A DNA stretch of 64,000 nt from Eledone cirrhosa (taxonomy: Eukaryota). Positions 43,526-60,984 of this stretch are shown here, piece after piece; positions within the stretch are counted from its first letter, which is position 1, and every line of letters starts with the position of its first letter. The notes beneath the pieces are model-generated. The model did no database searches. It worked only from the letters and a program-made list of their open reading frames with translations, and was not told the DNA's origin. The stretch covers positions 23,250,001-23,314,000 of the forward strand of contig OZ024751.1 in assembly GCA_964016885.1 (NCBI GenBank), in the 5' to 3' direction. The translations under genes and the position numbers were made by a program.

Positions 43526-43564
<39 letters not shown>

Positions 43565-43566
<2 letters not shown>

Positions 43567-43776
43567 CTATCGCCGTATTTTGACTAAAGAAATTAAAGAA
43601 ATTATTTAGCCTGATAGTGGGGTTAAGAACCCTCGGAGAAATGGAAAAAGATGAGTATTGACGTACATGTACATGTACGTCAATACTCATCTTTTTCCAT
43701 TTCTCCGAGGGTTCTTAACCCCACTATCAGGCTAAATAATTTCTTTAATTTCTTTAGTCAAAATACGGCGATAGCT
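43565..43776. repeat. Perfect 212-bp palindrome with no spacer
   Basis: Arms of 106 bp centred at 43670/43671 (acgtacatgt|acatgtacgt). Confidence 0.95.
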
Positions 43777-43962
43777 TACATTTTTAATAATTTCAAATCC
43801 ACTCGCTGTTTCGAAAATATTCTTACTTGATATATATATATATAGTAATAAAAAATGTGAAGACTAAAATCCGAAAAGGGCTCGATAAGGATTATATATA
43901 TACACAGAAGATCTCGTTAAGGGTGAAAGCACCGACTCTCTGCTTAAACACTTTATTCTGTT

Positions 43963-44027
<65 letters not shown>

Positions 44028-44088
44028 CTGCCCGTTTAATTATGGCTCAACCTATATCTATCTATCTATATATTAAAATAAAACTTAC

Positions 44089-44217
44089 CACAACTGGCTT
44101 TTCGCCTATCAGAATCAGGGAATATTCTTTATGCAAAAACTTCGGCGACTGGTCGTCTTCATCCACGACTTGAATCGTTAATTTCGAGACATTCTTTAAA
44201 GGGTTTGGATCAGAATC
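44089..44217 (-). CDS. Cadherin exon (DSDPNPLKNVSKLTIQVVDEDDQSPKFLHKEYSLILIGEKPVV)
   Basis: Acceptor tgtttgcag, donor gtaagt; 129 nt; IxVxDxDDxxPxF linker. Confidence 0.93.
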
Positions 44218-44259
44218 CTGCAAACATTAAACCAATATTATTTAGCATTAATATATAGT

Positions 44260-44930
44260 CGGGCGCCATACTTTGACGCATAGTTACGGCCTTGCCATTC
44301 TGAGTTCAAATCTCGCCGAGGTTAACTTCGCCTTTCATCCTTACGGGGTCCATAAAATAAAGTACCAGTGATGCACTGGGTAATTACTGGCCTTGTGCCA
44401 AAAGTAGAAACAATTAATATATATGAAGGCGCATGGCTAAGTGCTTAGAGCGTGTGAAGGTGCGAGCCTTAGTATTTAGGGTGATCGGCTCTCGATGGCA
44501 AGTAGCGTCCTTGAGCAGGACATTTTTTTGTTGCTTCAGTTCATTCGGCTAGGGAAGAATGAGTTGTATTTGTATTTCAAAGGACCAGCCTTGTCACACA
44601 CTCTATCAAGTTGAATCGCCATGAGAACGACGTTAAGAATAAATGTGTTTGTGAAATGGTTAGGCCCATGCACGTTAATGTCATGGCTGTCACATTGATT
44701 ACAATAACAGGAATATTCCCCATCATCATCTGATAATACATATAATTGTTTCTACGTTAGCCACAAGGCCAGCAATTATCCAGTGTATTACTGGTACTTT
44801 ATTTTATCGACCCGACCCCGTAAGGATGAAAGGCAAAGTTAACCTCAGCGGGATTTGAACTCAGAATGGCAAGGGCCGTAACTCTATGCGTCAAAGCACG
44901 GCGTCCAACCCTCTACCAATACTGCCAATC
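44260..44930. mobile_element. SINE(+), second-family SINE(+), SINE(-) filling a cadherin intron
   Basis: 44260-44415(+) and 44745-44930(-) are the main family. 44425-44720 is a second tRNA-like SINE with a ccttgagca(a/g)gaca CORE-like block, also at 48880-49170, 57590-57865 and 34690-34930(-). Confidence 0.75.
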
Positions 44931-45123
44931 CAAATACATATAATATATGATATATAAGTATATATATATTATATATTATATATATATATATATATATAAT
45001 TTATATTATATGTATATATATTATATATATATATATATAGAGAGAAAAAATAATAAAAATAACATATAAAACAAACATACAAAACAACATGAAATACTTA
45101 AAATACGAAAAATATCTATTTAC

Positions 45124-45258
45124 CGTTATTTCTATATCTAATTGAAACCATCTTATGCCCTTCTCGAAATCTAGGGGACGCTGGAGAAACACTGTTCCAC
45201 TCTCATCCATTGTAAACATTTCGTCAACACTTTGCCATGAGTCCTTTGTAGAAATTCC
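45124..45258 (-). CDS. Cadherin exon (GISTKDSWQSVDEMFTMDESGTVFLQRPLDFEKGIRWFQLDIEIT)
   Basis: Acceptor ttttaatag, donor gtaaat; 135 nt; FxxDxxGxV and LDFE motifs. Confidence 0.93.
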
Positions 45259-45538
45259 CTATTAAAATAGAATATTAGATTTAGCCCCTTGACAAATATC
45301 ATTCTTGAGGTGGCAAATTGGCAGCGTGGTTAGAATGTCGGACAAAAAGCTTTGTGGTATTCGTTCCGGCTTTCTCATCTCCCAATTCAAATCCTGCTGA
45401 TCTATAATATCCTACTCCAGTTGATGGAAATAAATGTTCAGCATCGAAACTGACTGAGGATTATGAATCATTAAAAGCAACTTTTTCCAGTAGCTTTTTG
45501 TAACTGACGGTTCCTCCTACTCATACTTCTCACAGAAC

Positions 45539-46718
<1,180 letters not shown>

Positions 46719-46719
46719 A

Positions 46720-46784
<65 letters not shown>

Positions 46785-46796
46785 ATTTATATATAT

Positions 46797-47322
46797 TAGA
46801 AAGTGAGGTTTTTTTTACAAAATGAAATAAATAAGGTGTCCTACACGAGTGATAGTATAAGGAAAAAAGATGAGATCGAAAATGCAACTGGAGTCTGTTT
46901 TAAAAAAAATATATTTATTTGGTTCCTTTACCGATATCGCAGTTCTTGTGCTTTTCAAAAGTAGAATTGAGATGGAGGATTAGTGGTTTTTCACGCATAT
47001 ATATATATATATATATATAAAGAAAAAGAGATGAAATCGAAAATGCAACTGAAGTCTTATTTTTAAAAAAAATATATATATTTATTTGGTTCCTTTACCG
47101 GTTTCGCAGTTCTTCTGATGTGAGAAAAACCACAGACCCTCCATCTCAACTCACCTTTTGAAAAGCAGAAGAATAGCGAAACCGGTAAAGGAACCAAATA
47201 AATATATATATTTAAAAAAAAAATAAGACTTCAGTTGCATTTTCGATTTCATCTCTTTTTCTTTATACTTTCACTCGTGTAGGACACCTCGGTTATTTTT
47301 CATTTTGTAAAAAAAACCTCAC

Positions 47323-47330
<8 letters not shown>
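46797..47330. mobile_element. Family F element cluster (tandem plus inverted copies); single copy at 29140-29277
   Basis: Three related segments (gatgaaatcgaaaatgcaactg...), two in tandem and one inverted, all in (TA)n. Confidence 0.7.
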
Positions 47331-47405
<75 letters not shown>

Positions 47406-47591
47406 TTATATCTTATATATATACTTATGAAAACATTATATGATATATATATATAACGAAGGAATTGTGGTAAGGGACCAGATTGACCACAACGCACCAG
47501 AGTTCTCAATACTTAGGGTAGTAGAGTGGGTAATAGGAAAAGGTATGACCCCCAACGGCTGAGCTGAAGCCGTTGGGGGGTCATACCTTTT

Positions 47592-47628
<37 letters not shown>

Positions 47629-47675
47629 TCAGGTTATCAATAATGTAGTGATAATATATCGTTACGTTAGAGATG

Positions 47676-47784
<109 letters not shown>

Positions 47785-48041
47785 AAACATTTAATATATA
47801 TAAATATTATATATATTATATAATATATACACATATATATGATTATACATGATCGAGAGAGGGAAAATTGGTAGCGATGTTCAGTTAATTTACAAGAAAT
47901 GTTCAAAAGTAGAGTAACTAACCAAAGTTGACAATTCAACTGTGAAATATTTCATAACATTAGCCAGAGATTTATATCCAGCCATGCATTCATTCACACA
48001 ATCTCTTTCTTTCACACTCATATACATACCATATATATATG

Positions 48042-48139
<98 letters not shown>

Positions 48140-48255
48140 TATATATATATATATACACATACACATATACACATAAAGATATGTATATATATATACATAT
48201 ATATATATATGTATATATATATATGTATGTATATATGTATATATATATATATATG

Positions 48256-48314
<59 letters not shown>

Positions 48315-49196
48315 ATATATATGTATATATATACATATATGTATATATATATATACATATATGTATATATATATATACATACATATAAATATACATATAT
48401 ATATATATGTATATATATATGTATATATGTATATATATATATATATGTATATATGTATATATATATGTATATATATACATATATGTATATATATATACAT
48501 ATATGTATATATATATATACATACATATATATATACACGTATACATATATATTTGCATATATATATATACATATATGCATACATACATATATATATATAT
48601 AAAGACAAATATTTTGTGTGTGCACGCATCTGACGGATCTATATCATAATTAAATACAGTGATAAGGGAACACAAAAAATATTAAAAAAAAGATAAACTT
48701 ATCTTAATTGAAATCGAACAATGAAATGCGTAAAAATATACAAAAGAAACGAATACAACAACAACCACTACAAAAGAAAAAAACTACAACAAAATCAAAA
48801 TATCAAAAACATATCACATACACAAACAAATATAAAGAGGAAAGACTGACAACATATTGGTAAATGTCGAATTATGAAACCACGTGAATTAGTGGTTAGG
48901 GTGTTCGGCTTACGATCGCCATTACCTGAGTTTTTCTCCCTGCAGCTTCTTGTGTCCTTGAACAAGACTCTTTATTTCAAGTTGTTCCAGTCTATTCAGT
49001 TAGCAAAATATGATTTGTACCTGTAATTCAATTCAACCAGCATTCCCACACCTCGTTTCAAGCTGAATCTCCCTAAGAACTACGCCAAGGGCACTCGTGT
49101 CTGCGGATTGTTCACGAACAGGCTGTTGCGTTGTTCGATGAACTGGTATATTCTACTTCGCAACCGGTGGAGGTCTGATACAAATGCCGAATTAGA

Positions 49197-49255
<59 letters not shown>

Positions 49256-49327
49256 CACTAATATACATAACACACTTTGATTACTTTGCTGTTAAAGTGT
49301 TTATACATTTTTTGGGACACCCTATAT

Positions 49328-49466
<139 letters not shown>

Positions 49467-49601
49467 TGTGTGCGTGCGTACGTGTATGTGTGAATGGTCT
49501 CGTAACTCTTGGTAGATTCTTTGCTGAATCTCTTTTTATAAAACCTATCGGAACCCATCTCTCTCCAGGTATGGGCACAGGAGAGAGAGAGAGATAGAGA
49601 T

Positions 49602-49632
<31 letters not shown>

Positions 49633-49942
49633 TGAGAGTGAGAGAGAGAGTGTGAGAGAGAGAGAGAGAAAGAGAGTGAGAGAGAGTGAGAGAGAAAGAG
49701 AGTGAGAGAGAGAGAGAGTGAGAGAGAGGGAGAAAGATGCATATACAATGCAAGGCAGAAAAGAGATACAATGGAAGAATCAAACCTAAAACTAACAGAA
49801 AGCCGAAAGAGATGCCGCAAATCATTCTTTCCGAAGTTCTAACAACACTGCCAATTCACCCGCCTATTGAACTCTATATATACATTGAGATAATTCGTCA
49901 GATCATTCAGCTCAGATGATGTATAAACTAATAAAGACTCAC

Positions 49943-50029
49943 CAACAGTCGGTATGTAACTTCAGATCTGCTGACGTCAAACAGATCACCACCTTCAACT
50001 TGATAGATCTGTTCACCCCTTGCAGTTTT
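49943..50029 (-). CDS. Cadherin exon (KTARGEQIYQVEGGDLFDVSRSEVTYRLL)
   Basis: Acceptor ctattacag, donor gtgagt; 87 nt, phase 0-0; GxxIxxV and VxY pattern of cadherin B/C strands. Confidence 0.88.
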
Positions 50030-50270
50030 CTGTAATAGACGTATTTACATTGAATTTATTCTATTATATTGAAAATATAATACTGAATATTACACTCACA
50101 CATCACACACACACACATATATATAGAGAGAGGGTGCCCTGAAAATGTATACGCACTTTAATAGCATTCTAATAAATAACGCCTGTACAGGTAATCAAAA
50201 TGCGTATACCTGTACACACACACACACACACAAACACACAAACACACACACACACACACACACACACTCT

Positions 50271-50325
<55 letters not shown>

Positions 50326-50419
50326 GTAATAATAATAAATTTGAAGAGTAAAATCCAAAGAGGGCTCGATAAGGATAAATATAGATCAAATATATAAGAA
50401 CCGTAGAGCAAATCTGTTA

Positions 50420-50509
<90 letters not shown>

Positions 50510-50680
50510 GAGGAACATAGGCCGAGAATGTATGTTATAAGAAAGTTGTATGTATACACAAAATTATATATATAATATATATATATATATATTGTGTGTA
50601 CATACATATATATATTATACATTCACACCCACACAATTATATATATGTATATATATGTATATATATATATGTATATATAT

Positions 50681-50756
<76 letters not shown>

Positions 50757-51181
50757 TGTGTGTGTATGGGGCTTTATTTGATGTTATTGAATGTGATGAT
50801 CAAGAACAAACAAGGATATATATATATATATATATATAACAAGTATATATATGTACGCGTATATATATATACATGTAATATATATATATATAACCTACGT
50901 ACATGTATGTACGTGTATATATATGTATACATGTTATATATATATATATATATATAGATAGATAGATATAACCCATGTATATGTATATATGTGTATATAT
51001 ATATTTATAATGCATATATAATATAAATATAACATACGTATATGTATGTACGTATATATATATATATACATATATTTGGAAACTCTGCTTCGTAGAATCG
51101 AGACATATCTGAAGATCTTGCGATTTCAGAGTCAGGTTTGATCATTGCACCGATCGTTCCTCGAGCTGGTCGCCAGAGAAA

Positions 51182-51273
<92 letters not shown>

Positions 51274-51484
51274 GTTATCATATACATAAAATTAAATTAA
51301 AGAAAATACATATGTTGCAACTGTTCACTTTTAAGCTCAATGAAGAATTAATAAATTAAAATCAAAAAATCAGAGCATTATTTATAGACATCTATAGACA
51401 TGATTTATGATATATATATATAGTAATAATAATAAATTTGAAGACTTATTTTAATAAATAAATATATATATATATATATATATA

Positions 51485-51619
<135 letters not shown>

Positions 51620-51970
51620 TATATATACATATATATATATAGGTCGCTCGCGAAAAATAATTTCAATGTATCGGTTCAACTAGATTGGAGTACTTAGTAG
51701 TGTTATTACTACAAGGAGCATTGAGGAAATTCCGGTGGAATAGTTTCTATTTCTTCACATGTAAAGCTTCGGCGAATGAAATTGTGTATATTTAATTCAG
51801 TCCAACGGATTTCCTACAAAGAATCCTTGTCTGACTTGAATAAATCTAACACATTTACTTGGTCGAAACTTTTCAAGTGTTAATCATTGTACTAGGTTTA
51901 TTCAATTCTGTCCAACACATTACCTGCACAAGATTAATCCTATGACTGATCAAGTGGTACTATGTATATA

Positions 51971-52065
<95 letters not shown>

Positions 52066-52180
52066 ATGCACATATATATTTGTGTGTGTGTGTGTGTTTA
52101 CATATATGTATAAATATATCCCTCTTCCTGCTATATCATGCGTTAACCTAATAACTTCCTTCCATATACTGTTGTTATCT

Positions 52181-52252
<72 letters not shown>

Positions 52253-52514
52253 CAAATATATATATATATATATGTGTCTATGCATATATATATATACATA
52301 TATATAACTGATACATTAAATAAGTCACAACTGGCTGACTGGATATGATGTAAATATCGATCAAACTTATATCGAACGACAAATATCGACTAACAACGAA
52401 GTCCTGTATCCTGTATAGTGATAACACGTAACTTTCACGTACGTATTATCGATGTTCGCTGCTTCATTAGTTGGGAAGGATAGTTTCGTTACTAACTGTA
52501 TTTATATGGATATG

Positions 52515-52771
52515 TAAATATATATATATATATATATATAAAATAATTATTATATATATATATATATAAAATATTTATTATATATATATATATATAAAAT
52601 AATTATTATATATATATATATATAAAATAATTATTATATATATATATATATATATAAAATAATTATTATAGATATATATATATAAAATAATTATTATATA
52701 TATATATATATATAAAATAATTATTATATATATATATAAAATATTTATTATATATATATATATAAAATAAT

Positions 52772-52790
<19 letters not shown>
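52515..52790. repeat. AT-only minisatellite
   Basis: About 10 units of aaaataattat(ta)n. Confidence 0.85.
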
Positions 52791-52842
<52 letters not shown>

Positions 52843-53156
52843 GATCATAATTGTTTCTACTTTTGGCACAAGGCCAGAAAATTACCCAGTGCATTACTGG
52901 TACTTTATTTTATCGACCCCGAAAGAATGAAAGGCAAAGTTAACCTCGGCGGGATTTGAACTCAGATCATAAAGGGAGGTAACGCTATGCTTCAATAATA
53001 ATAATAATAAATATGAAGACTAAAATCCGAAGAGGGTTCGATAAGGTTAATATATATAAAACCATAGAGCAAATATTTATTAAATAATTCAGAAGATCCC
53101 GTTAAGGGTGAAAGCGGCGATTCTTTGATTAAACTTTATTCTGTTATTTTAATTAT

Positions 53157-53240
<84 letters not shown>

Positions 53241-53449
53241 ATATGTTAACCAATGTTAACCTTGACGTAATATTCCGTTGCTTTACATCTATTACAGAAT
53301 TACACCTGATGAGGTCACCGGCTTTTTACCCAACATGGCCACAGTTATGTGTATAGTGTTTACAGTAATAAAAATTAAGTAAATTCATCATATTTGGCCT
53401 TCTGTCATATCATTATATATATATTTACATATCCATATAAATACAGTTA

Positions 53450-53534
<85 letters not shown>

Positions 53535-53937
53535 TTGGTTGAGGACTGGGAGAAAGGAGTACTCAACACCGAGGTAGAGATTTCATATTCATTTTGTTAA
53601 GGCTGAATCATGAGTTTTTTACTCTGAGTTTGGCCTGTATATCACAAGAACTCTTTTCTAATGACCCTTTAATACACACAGACACACACACAAATATATA
53701 TATATTTATATTTATATATATAAATATATATATATACATATATACATATATATATACATATATACATATATATATAACGAAGGAAGTGTGGTGAGGAACT
53801 AGGTGGACCATAACACCAGAGTACTCAATACCTTGGGTAGTAGAGTGGGTAACAGGAAAATGTTCAAAACCCGACGGCAAGCTCAAGCCGTTTCGACGGC
53901 TATTTCTGAGTCCAGAAATAGCCGGCAAAGGAGTGCA

Positions 53938-53977
<40 letters not shown>

Positions 53978-54659
53978 AATAAGGACGCTGCGGAGTTGTA
54001 AATGGGTTACATATGAAAAAAAGTTTGTCCTTCATCAGTGGTCTTCCAACCATCATAGGCATTTCATCGCTTTAAAGACCATATACCTCCGGTTGGTGCG
54101 AACAACGGCTAAAAAAAGTCGTTGGGACACGTAAATAAAGGGGACGCGAGGGTAAACGAACAAAATGGTGAAGCAACAGAAAGTGATGAAGAAAGAGACA
54201 AGTCCCATATATACAGTATGTGTGTGTATGTGTATGTTTGTACGTTTTTGAATTGGTAGTTTTGACCGGGTAGTTTTGCATGTCAAGTTGCTCTTGACAT
54301 GCTCTTGACATTTTAGTCATGTTAGGATACGTAAATCAGTTTGTTCAACGTATCAAATTGCTAAAGAAATTCTACAAAAGTTTCTGACAGTTAAAGAACA
54401 CACAATTTAATTAAAAGGAACTCATCTTATCTCCATTGTAAATTGATGACTATTTACATGAGGAAAAAAAAAAAGATATTTAGAGGAAATTTTAACAGAC
54501 TTATCACAACGGGTATTTCGAGACGAAATTGTATGATGATGTTTTATTAGAAAAAAAAAGAAAGAAAAAAGATATTAAAATATCTGAAAATATTTAATGG
54601 AATAATTGAAAAAATATAGGAACAAAGGACATGTATACACCCACCCATATACGGTTGTT

Positions 54660-55430
<771 letters not shown>

Positions 55431-55920
55431 AACACAGACACACACATACATATATTTTTGCGTAGAGCACACACATATAACTTTACGTATCTATTCATGT
55501 ATAAGTATGTGTACTATCGTTTTGAATTTCAAAATATTACCTGTAGACATATTCATACATGAAAAGGTTAACAGGTGCTCCAATATTCAATTTATTTGTG
55601 CGTCGTGTTATTGGAATTATCTGACTAATATTAGACGTTCAAGTGTCATCTTTATCAGTGAAATAAATCTAACGTAGACTGCCGTATCTTTTGTTGATCT
55701 TCTTCCAATGTTTCTACCATCACTATCATTGTAAAAATAACTGCCACCATCGCAAAGACCAATTAAATGTCTCACGCATAGCAGTCTAAAGTAAAGTGTC
55801 TGGTAGGACTGTTATTTAGCTCTAATTCCACTTTGATCATACAGACTTTTACTCATAGTCAGGCCAGTCTGGATAATTCCATCTTTTGGGGTATATATAT
55901 ACATATATATATATATATAT

Positions 55921-55979
<59 letters not shown>

Positions 55980-56333
55980 TCTAACTATATGAGGCGTAAT
56001 AAAACTAATAACATATTTCTTCATTGTACTGTGTCGTTTGCTTTGTTATTTCTGTTTGGAGACAACGGAACTCCCATTATTTTGGCTGCCACCACGACCA
56101 CATTACCAAGAAAAAGAGAGACAAACAAAAATATAAATTTTCTATATGCAAACCATGTTATTTTAATATTTTCTTCTAATTAATATACGACTTCATTATA
56201 TATATTTTATCATATATGTTTTTCTAGTATGAAGAAGTCAACATTTTAATCGACTGAAACCGGTACTAACTTTAAAAAAAAATGTTTTTTTTCCATAAAA
56301 TTATATTACCATTTTCTACTGTTTCTTATTTTC

Positions 56334-56390
<57 letters not shown>

Positions 56391-56625
56391 CTAGTAACAT
56401 TTTACCTTAGCCCCCCTCATACTTTCTCAATAATCTGAGTCCATGTACACGACGAGACGGCTTACTCACAGCAGAGAGATAAACCTCCAGTCTTGAATTT
56501 GCTGTCGAAACGGCAAGAGCTCACCCGTCGGTCACTGTTTCTCTATTATATATATATATAGGACCAGCGTCGGTTTCGACGATGAATATCCCAATTAATC
56601 AACAAATCTTTTCAGCACGGTTTCT

Positions 56626-56713
<88 letters not shown>

Positions 56714-57974
56714 CGAAGAAAGTGTGGTAAGGAACCAGATGGACCACAACGGACTAGAGTACTCAATACTTAGTAGAGTTGGTAATAGGAAAATGTTTAA
56801 CTCCAACGGCAGAGCTCGAACCGTTTCGACGGCTATTTCTGGACTCCAGAAATAGCCGTTGATACGGCTTGAGCTCTGCCGTCGGGGTTAAACATTTTCT
56901 TATATATATATATATAAGTACCTACGCTTTATCGATTTGGCCTCGATATATATAAGTACCTACGCTTTATTAGTTTGGCCTCGAAATGCTGTAACAATAG
57001 GTTATGATTTAAAAAAACCTTAACAATGCAAACCTATTTAAAATTCTCATCATTTGATAATATAAGGAATAAAAATATTAATATATTTTAATCACGTATG
57101 GGTAGATATATTCAGTCAAAATACGTCACATCGGTTTAATAATACATTTTTATATTCATTTCATTTTAATCTAAGTCTGAATAGAATTCTAATTTACTCA
57201 CTAAAACATATTGAATAATGAAATATAAATTTTTAATTTTCCATCAAATGTTATTTAAGTAGGTGTAAGGAAATTATTCAATATTTATTAGAATTAAGAG
57301 TTTTTCATATATTGAAAATTCTAAAGATGTTAATAAGAGAAAAAATATCTACACAAATACAAATATTCATAAACACACGTCATACACATCTTTGGAAAAC
57401 AAGAATGAAAGAAAAAGAAAACAATTTCAATATAAAAAAGATTTTTACACGGACAAAAAAGTAATTACCAAATCGTAGTTGTTAAATAAGAATGTTGGTT
57501 GGTTACAGGTTTCCAACGGGCTCATCACTAGTTCTTTGTCTTTCTGAAGAACACCGATTTATCTCTTGGCACGCTACCCCCATATATATATAGGAAGACC
57601 TAGTGGTAAGGGTGTTTGAATGACGACCATAACGCCGTGAGTTCGAAGCCTTGACTGGAATATGTGTTGTGCTCTTGAGCAAAACGCGTCAGTTTATGTT
57701 GCTCCAGTATATTCAGCTGAAATTGTGTACCAGCAGTAGCTGAGGGTTTAACCCTACGATGGACGAGTGAAAGGGAGTCTCGTACTCTCTGTCGCTCCAC
57801 ACCACAGAAACCTGGATAACCACCGTCCCGATGAACCTCTGGGCTTAAGGCAGACTTTAGACACACATTCACAAACATACAAATATATATGTATACATCT
57901 TGAAATGTAGAATTTACACAAGTTTACTTATTCCTTTGGCGCTTTTGTTTTTTTTTATATTTATATATCTCGAC

Positions 57975-58390
57975 TGGATATTCGTGCCAACCCTTACCTA
58001 TGGTCATGATTCCTGGGTAATGACTGGAAGAATACGATCGCGAATACAAAAGGGGTTCCGCCAAAGAGTCTTTGGAATAAGGTTACTCGATAGAAAGCGT
58101 AGCTCGGAGATCAGAGAATCGCTCCAGGTAGAGCACCTACTTCTCCGAATAGAGAGACCAAAGCTCCGATACTACAAGCAGATGGATCGGATGTCCCAGG
58201 AAAGAATCACTGAAAAGATTTTAATGGCAAAACCAAGCAGTACCTAGGGGTAGATACCCGGCAAAATGTTTGGATAACATCCATGAACTCCGTTGGTCTC
58301 GCTTGGGGTTCCAGCCGGGTCAATTGGAAGCAGTTGCTTCTGACAGGACCAATTGGAAGGAATGTCTGAGGACACTCTGCCCACTACCCT
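57975..58390 (+). mobile_element. RTE-like LINE 3' fragment
   Basis: IFVPTLTYGHDSWVMTGRIRSRIQ...LLDRKRSSEIRESLQVEHLLLRIE, the RTE RT thumb region. Confidence 0.85.
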
Positions 58391-58484
58391 TTATGTACCG
58401 AGCATGAACAAGATTCAATGTGGATTTTATGATGAACGTGTAAGTGAAATAAGAATGTGTGAAAAATATATTTATATATCTTAC

Positions 58485-58583
58485 CTCAGAAATTTCATGG
58501 ACTGATGGCAAATTTAAGAAAAACGGTGGATCGTTGAATTCCGTAACATTCACGAATATTTTAAGTGTTAAATTGAACACATA
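58485..58583 (-). CDS. Cadherin exon (YVFNLTLKIFVNVTEFNDPPFFLNLPSVHEISE)
   Basis: Acceptor ttctctttttaaag, donor gtaaga; 99 nt; VxxxNDxPxF linker and xISE motif. Confidence 0.9.
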
Positions 58584-58626
58584 CTTTAAAAAGAGAAAGC
58601 AAATACATGTGATTTATAAGCATTTA

Positions 58627-58714
<88 letters not shown>

Positions 58715-58990
58715 CAATGAGTTATTTATTGACTGAATATGTCCCTATCTGTAAACCAATTTTTGTATTTTATCTGATGAGAGCGTACCAAAACTTTGGT
58801 ACCCTTGAAATATATATAATAAAATAAATATGGTTTTATAAAGATAGCTTCCATTTATTAATATTATTGATATATATATATATATAATGGGATGAAATAC
58901 CAATGATCGTTGGCAAATCACTGATGAGGGACTAATTTTATAATATGTAATCCATGTGCAACCATGCAGTATTCTTCTCCCCATGTTTTT

Positions 58991-59027
<37 letters not shown>

Positions 59028-59619
59028 CAGAATGAAACAAAGGTTGCTCAAAAATTGTCTCTATCCAGATAAGTGTCGTGCTAATACATATAAATAAAGA
59101 ATTAAACAGTTACAATTAATACTTTAAATCGATTCGGACTCAAATATTTTTATTTGGGATATATATATATATATAATTTTTTGTTGTAGACTTATGGGTA
59201 CGAAAATAGCCACACATATGTTTATGAAATAATTCTTTAAATATAAATGGACTCAGAATCAACAGACGACATCAAAAATATAAATAGACAACGAATCAAT
59301 TCACTGCACAAAGAAAAAAGAACACTGGACTCATTAGAATGATGTCGCTGGCCAAGAGATATGCTTTGTTCGTTCTGTGTGTTTTCTGTTATTGCTATAA
59401 TGGCGCTTGCTCGTCGGATCTAGTTGATCTCGTGTGATATCCATTCAAACACTGCCCATGTACGCGCTTCTCGTCGCCTCACCATCCATACTATACTCAC
59501 ATCTGAGCAATCCCTGCACTAATGACTACATTTAGTCCTTCCTATTCAGGATTCCACCTCCATGTAGTTGTTTCACTTTGCAACTAATCAATACATATTT
59601 TACTCAAGCTAATGCCTAC

Positions 59620-59634
59620 CTGCGGCAGATCAGG
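59620..59634 (-). CDS. Candidate 15-nt microexon (PDLPQ), phase 0-0
   Basis: Pyrimidine-rich acceptor ttgcttttttttcaattctttag, exon CCTGATCTGCCGCAG, donor gtaggc; preserves frame. Confidence 0.55.
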
Positions 59635-60029
59635 CTAAAGAATTGAAAAAAAAGCAACTAAAAAACAATATTTAATTTCTCATTAATTGAACCCTTTGTT
59701 ACCATATTCACAATGAAAGACAAGGTTTTCAATTAATTTTGAAGAGTAGGAAGAATTTGGACGGATTTCATAATATAACAAAATTTCTCATTATCCAGCG
59801 TAATCCATGTGTTTCGTTGTCATATTACAAATGCAATACACTAGCTCAAATTTTTAATTAATTTTGAAGATAATTTATCATATTTAAGCTGGTGTTTAAG
59901 CATAACGTAGCAAAATTTCGTTACATAACATTCTGATGAAAAGTTTTGTTTTTACATAATTATAAACACATTAAATTAAATCGCTTTGTATCATAGGTCA
60001 TATCACTTGCAAGAATTCACTTAACTATT

Positions 60030-60665
60030 TGTCGCCACTCAGTTCTATTGTTCATCATAATTGGCAGGTCACAGGGATTGCAGTTTATGTCATCATAAAT
60101 CTGCTTGGTATAGTTCTCGGGTTGTCGTTCTTTAATAGCTCTTTCGTGTGTGGCCTCCCACGAAGAACTTCACTATCAATTTCGTCTTTAGCTCTTCAGC
60201 AATGGCCTGCAAATCTGACTCCATGCTCTTTAATGATGCCTGATACTGAACGAAGGTTTGTAGAGTGAATCATTTGTTAGGTGATCTCTCCAAACGACAT
60301 TCGAAGTCACTCTTAGCATGCGAGGGTGGGCTCCATCTAATCTTATTTTCAGTTTTGAGGTAAGGGTGCAGGCTGAGTAGTCATACAATAGAACAGAGGT
60401 AACAGTTAACTGAAAGAGGCTCATTTTCATATTATCTGGAAGCCTAGATTTCCACACTAGAGATAAGTTGTGGATGGCATCCCAGGCCTTACCGATGTGT
60501 GTGTTTATATCTCTTTCGCAGCTATAGACTTTACTATCAAGATAAGTAATTTCTTCTACATAATTGAGAGCTGTGTCAGATACTGTTTTGATTGTTCCAT
60601 TTTGTTTAAGATTGTATATTCCGTTTTGTCCGAGTAAACATGAAGACCAATACCGGCGGCAGATT
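60030..60665 (-). mobile_element. Degenerate LINE (RTE-like) RT C-terminal fragment
   Basis: AAGIGLHV..DKTEY, WKSRL...LFQLTVTSVLLY..ACTLT...LDGAHPRMLR...WRDHLTN; contains stops and frameshifts. Confidence 0.8.
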
Positions 60666-60934
60666 CATGAGGTTTGGTATCAATAGTGTTAACTCCCAGA
60701 TAATACGATCTACAGCACTCCTATGTCTTTCAATCGGATAATCATGCATTGCTTGTGCATCTGCGCTAATAAATGGTTGCCTTTGCCAATGCTAATATAT
60801 CAAACGTAGTATGAATATAGTCAGCTGTCCTGAGTAATTAACTTGTTATTCAAGTTCAGCTTTTTACCAAGTAATTCATTTATCACCTTCCACACGGCAT
60901 CTACTTATCGTTTTCCAATTCTTTCCTCGTATGT

Positions 60935-60984
<50 letters not shown>

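Noticed and set aside
53085-53130. CAGAAGA-tccc/ggg-t-GAAA family (also 17174 and 43904) as a hammerhead
   Set aside because: U4 is replaced by A in all three copies and there is no clear UH or stem I; it may be a decayed relative but is unsupported.
55541-55890. Non-repetitive stretch with PKDGII and FTDKDD fragments
   Set aside because: In-frame stops, no consistent splice pair, and no gap in the protein at this point.
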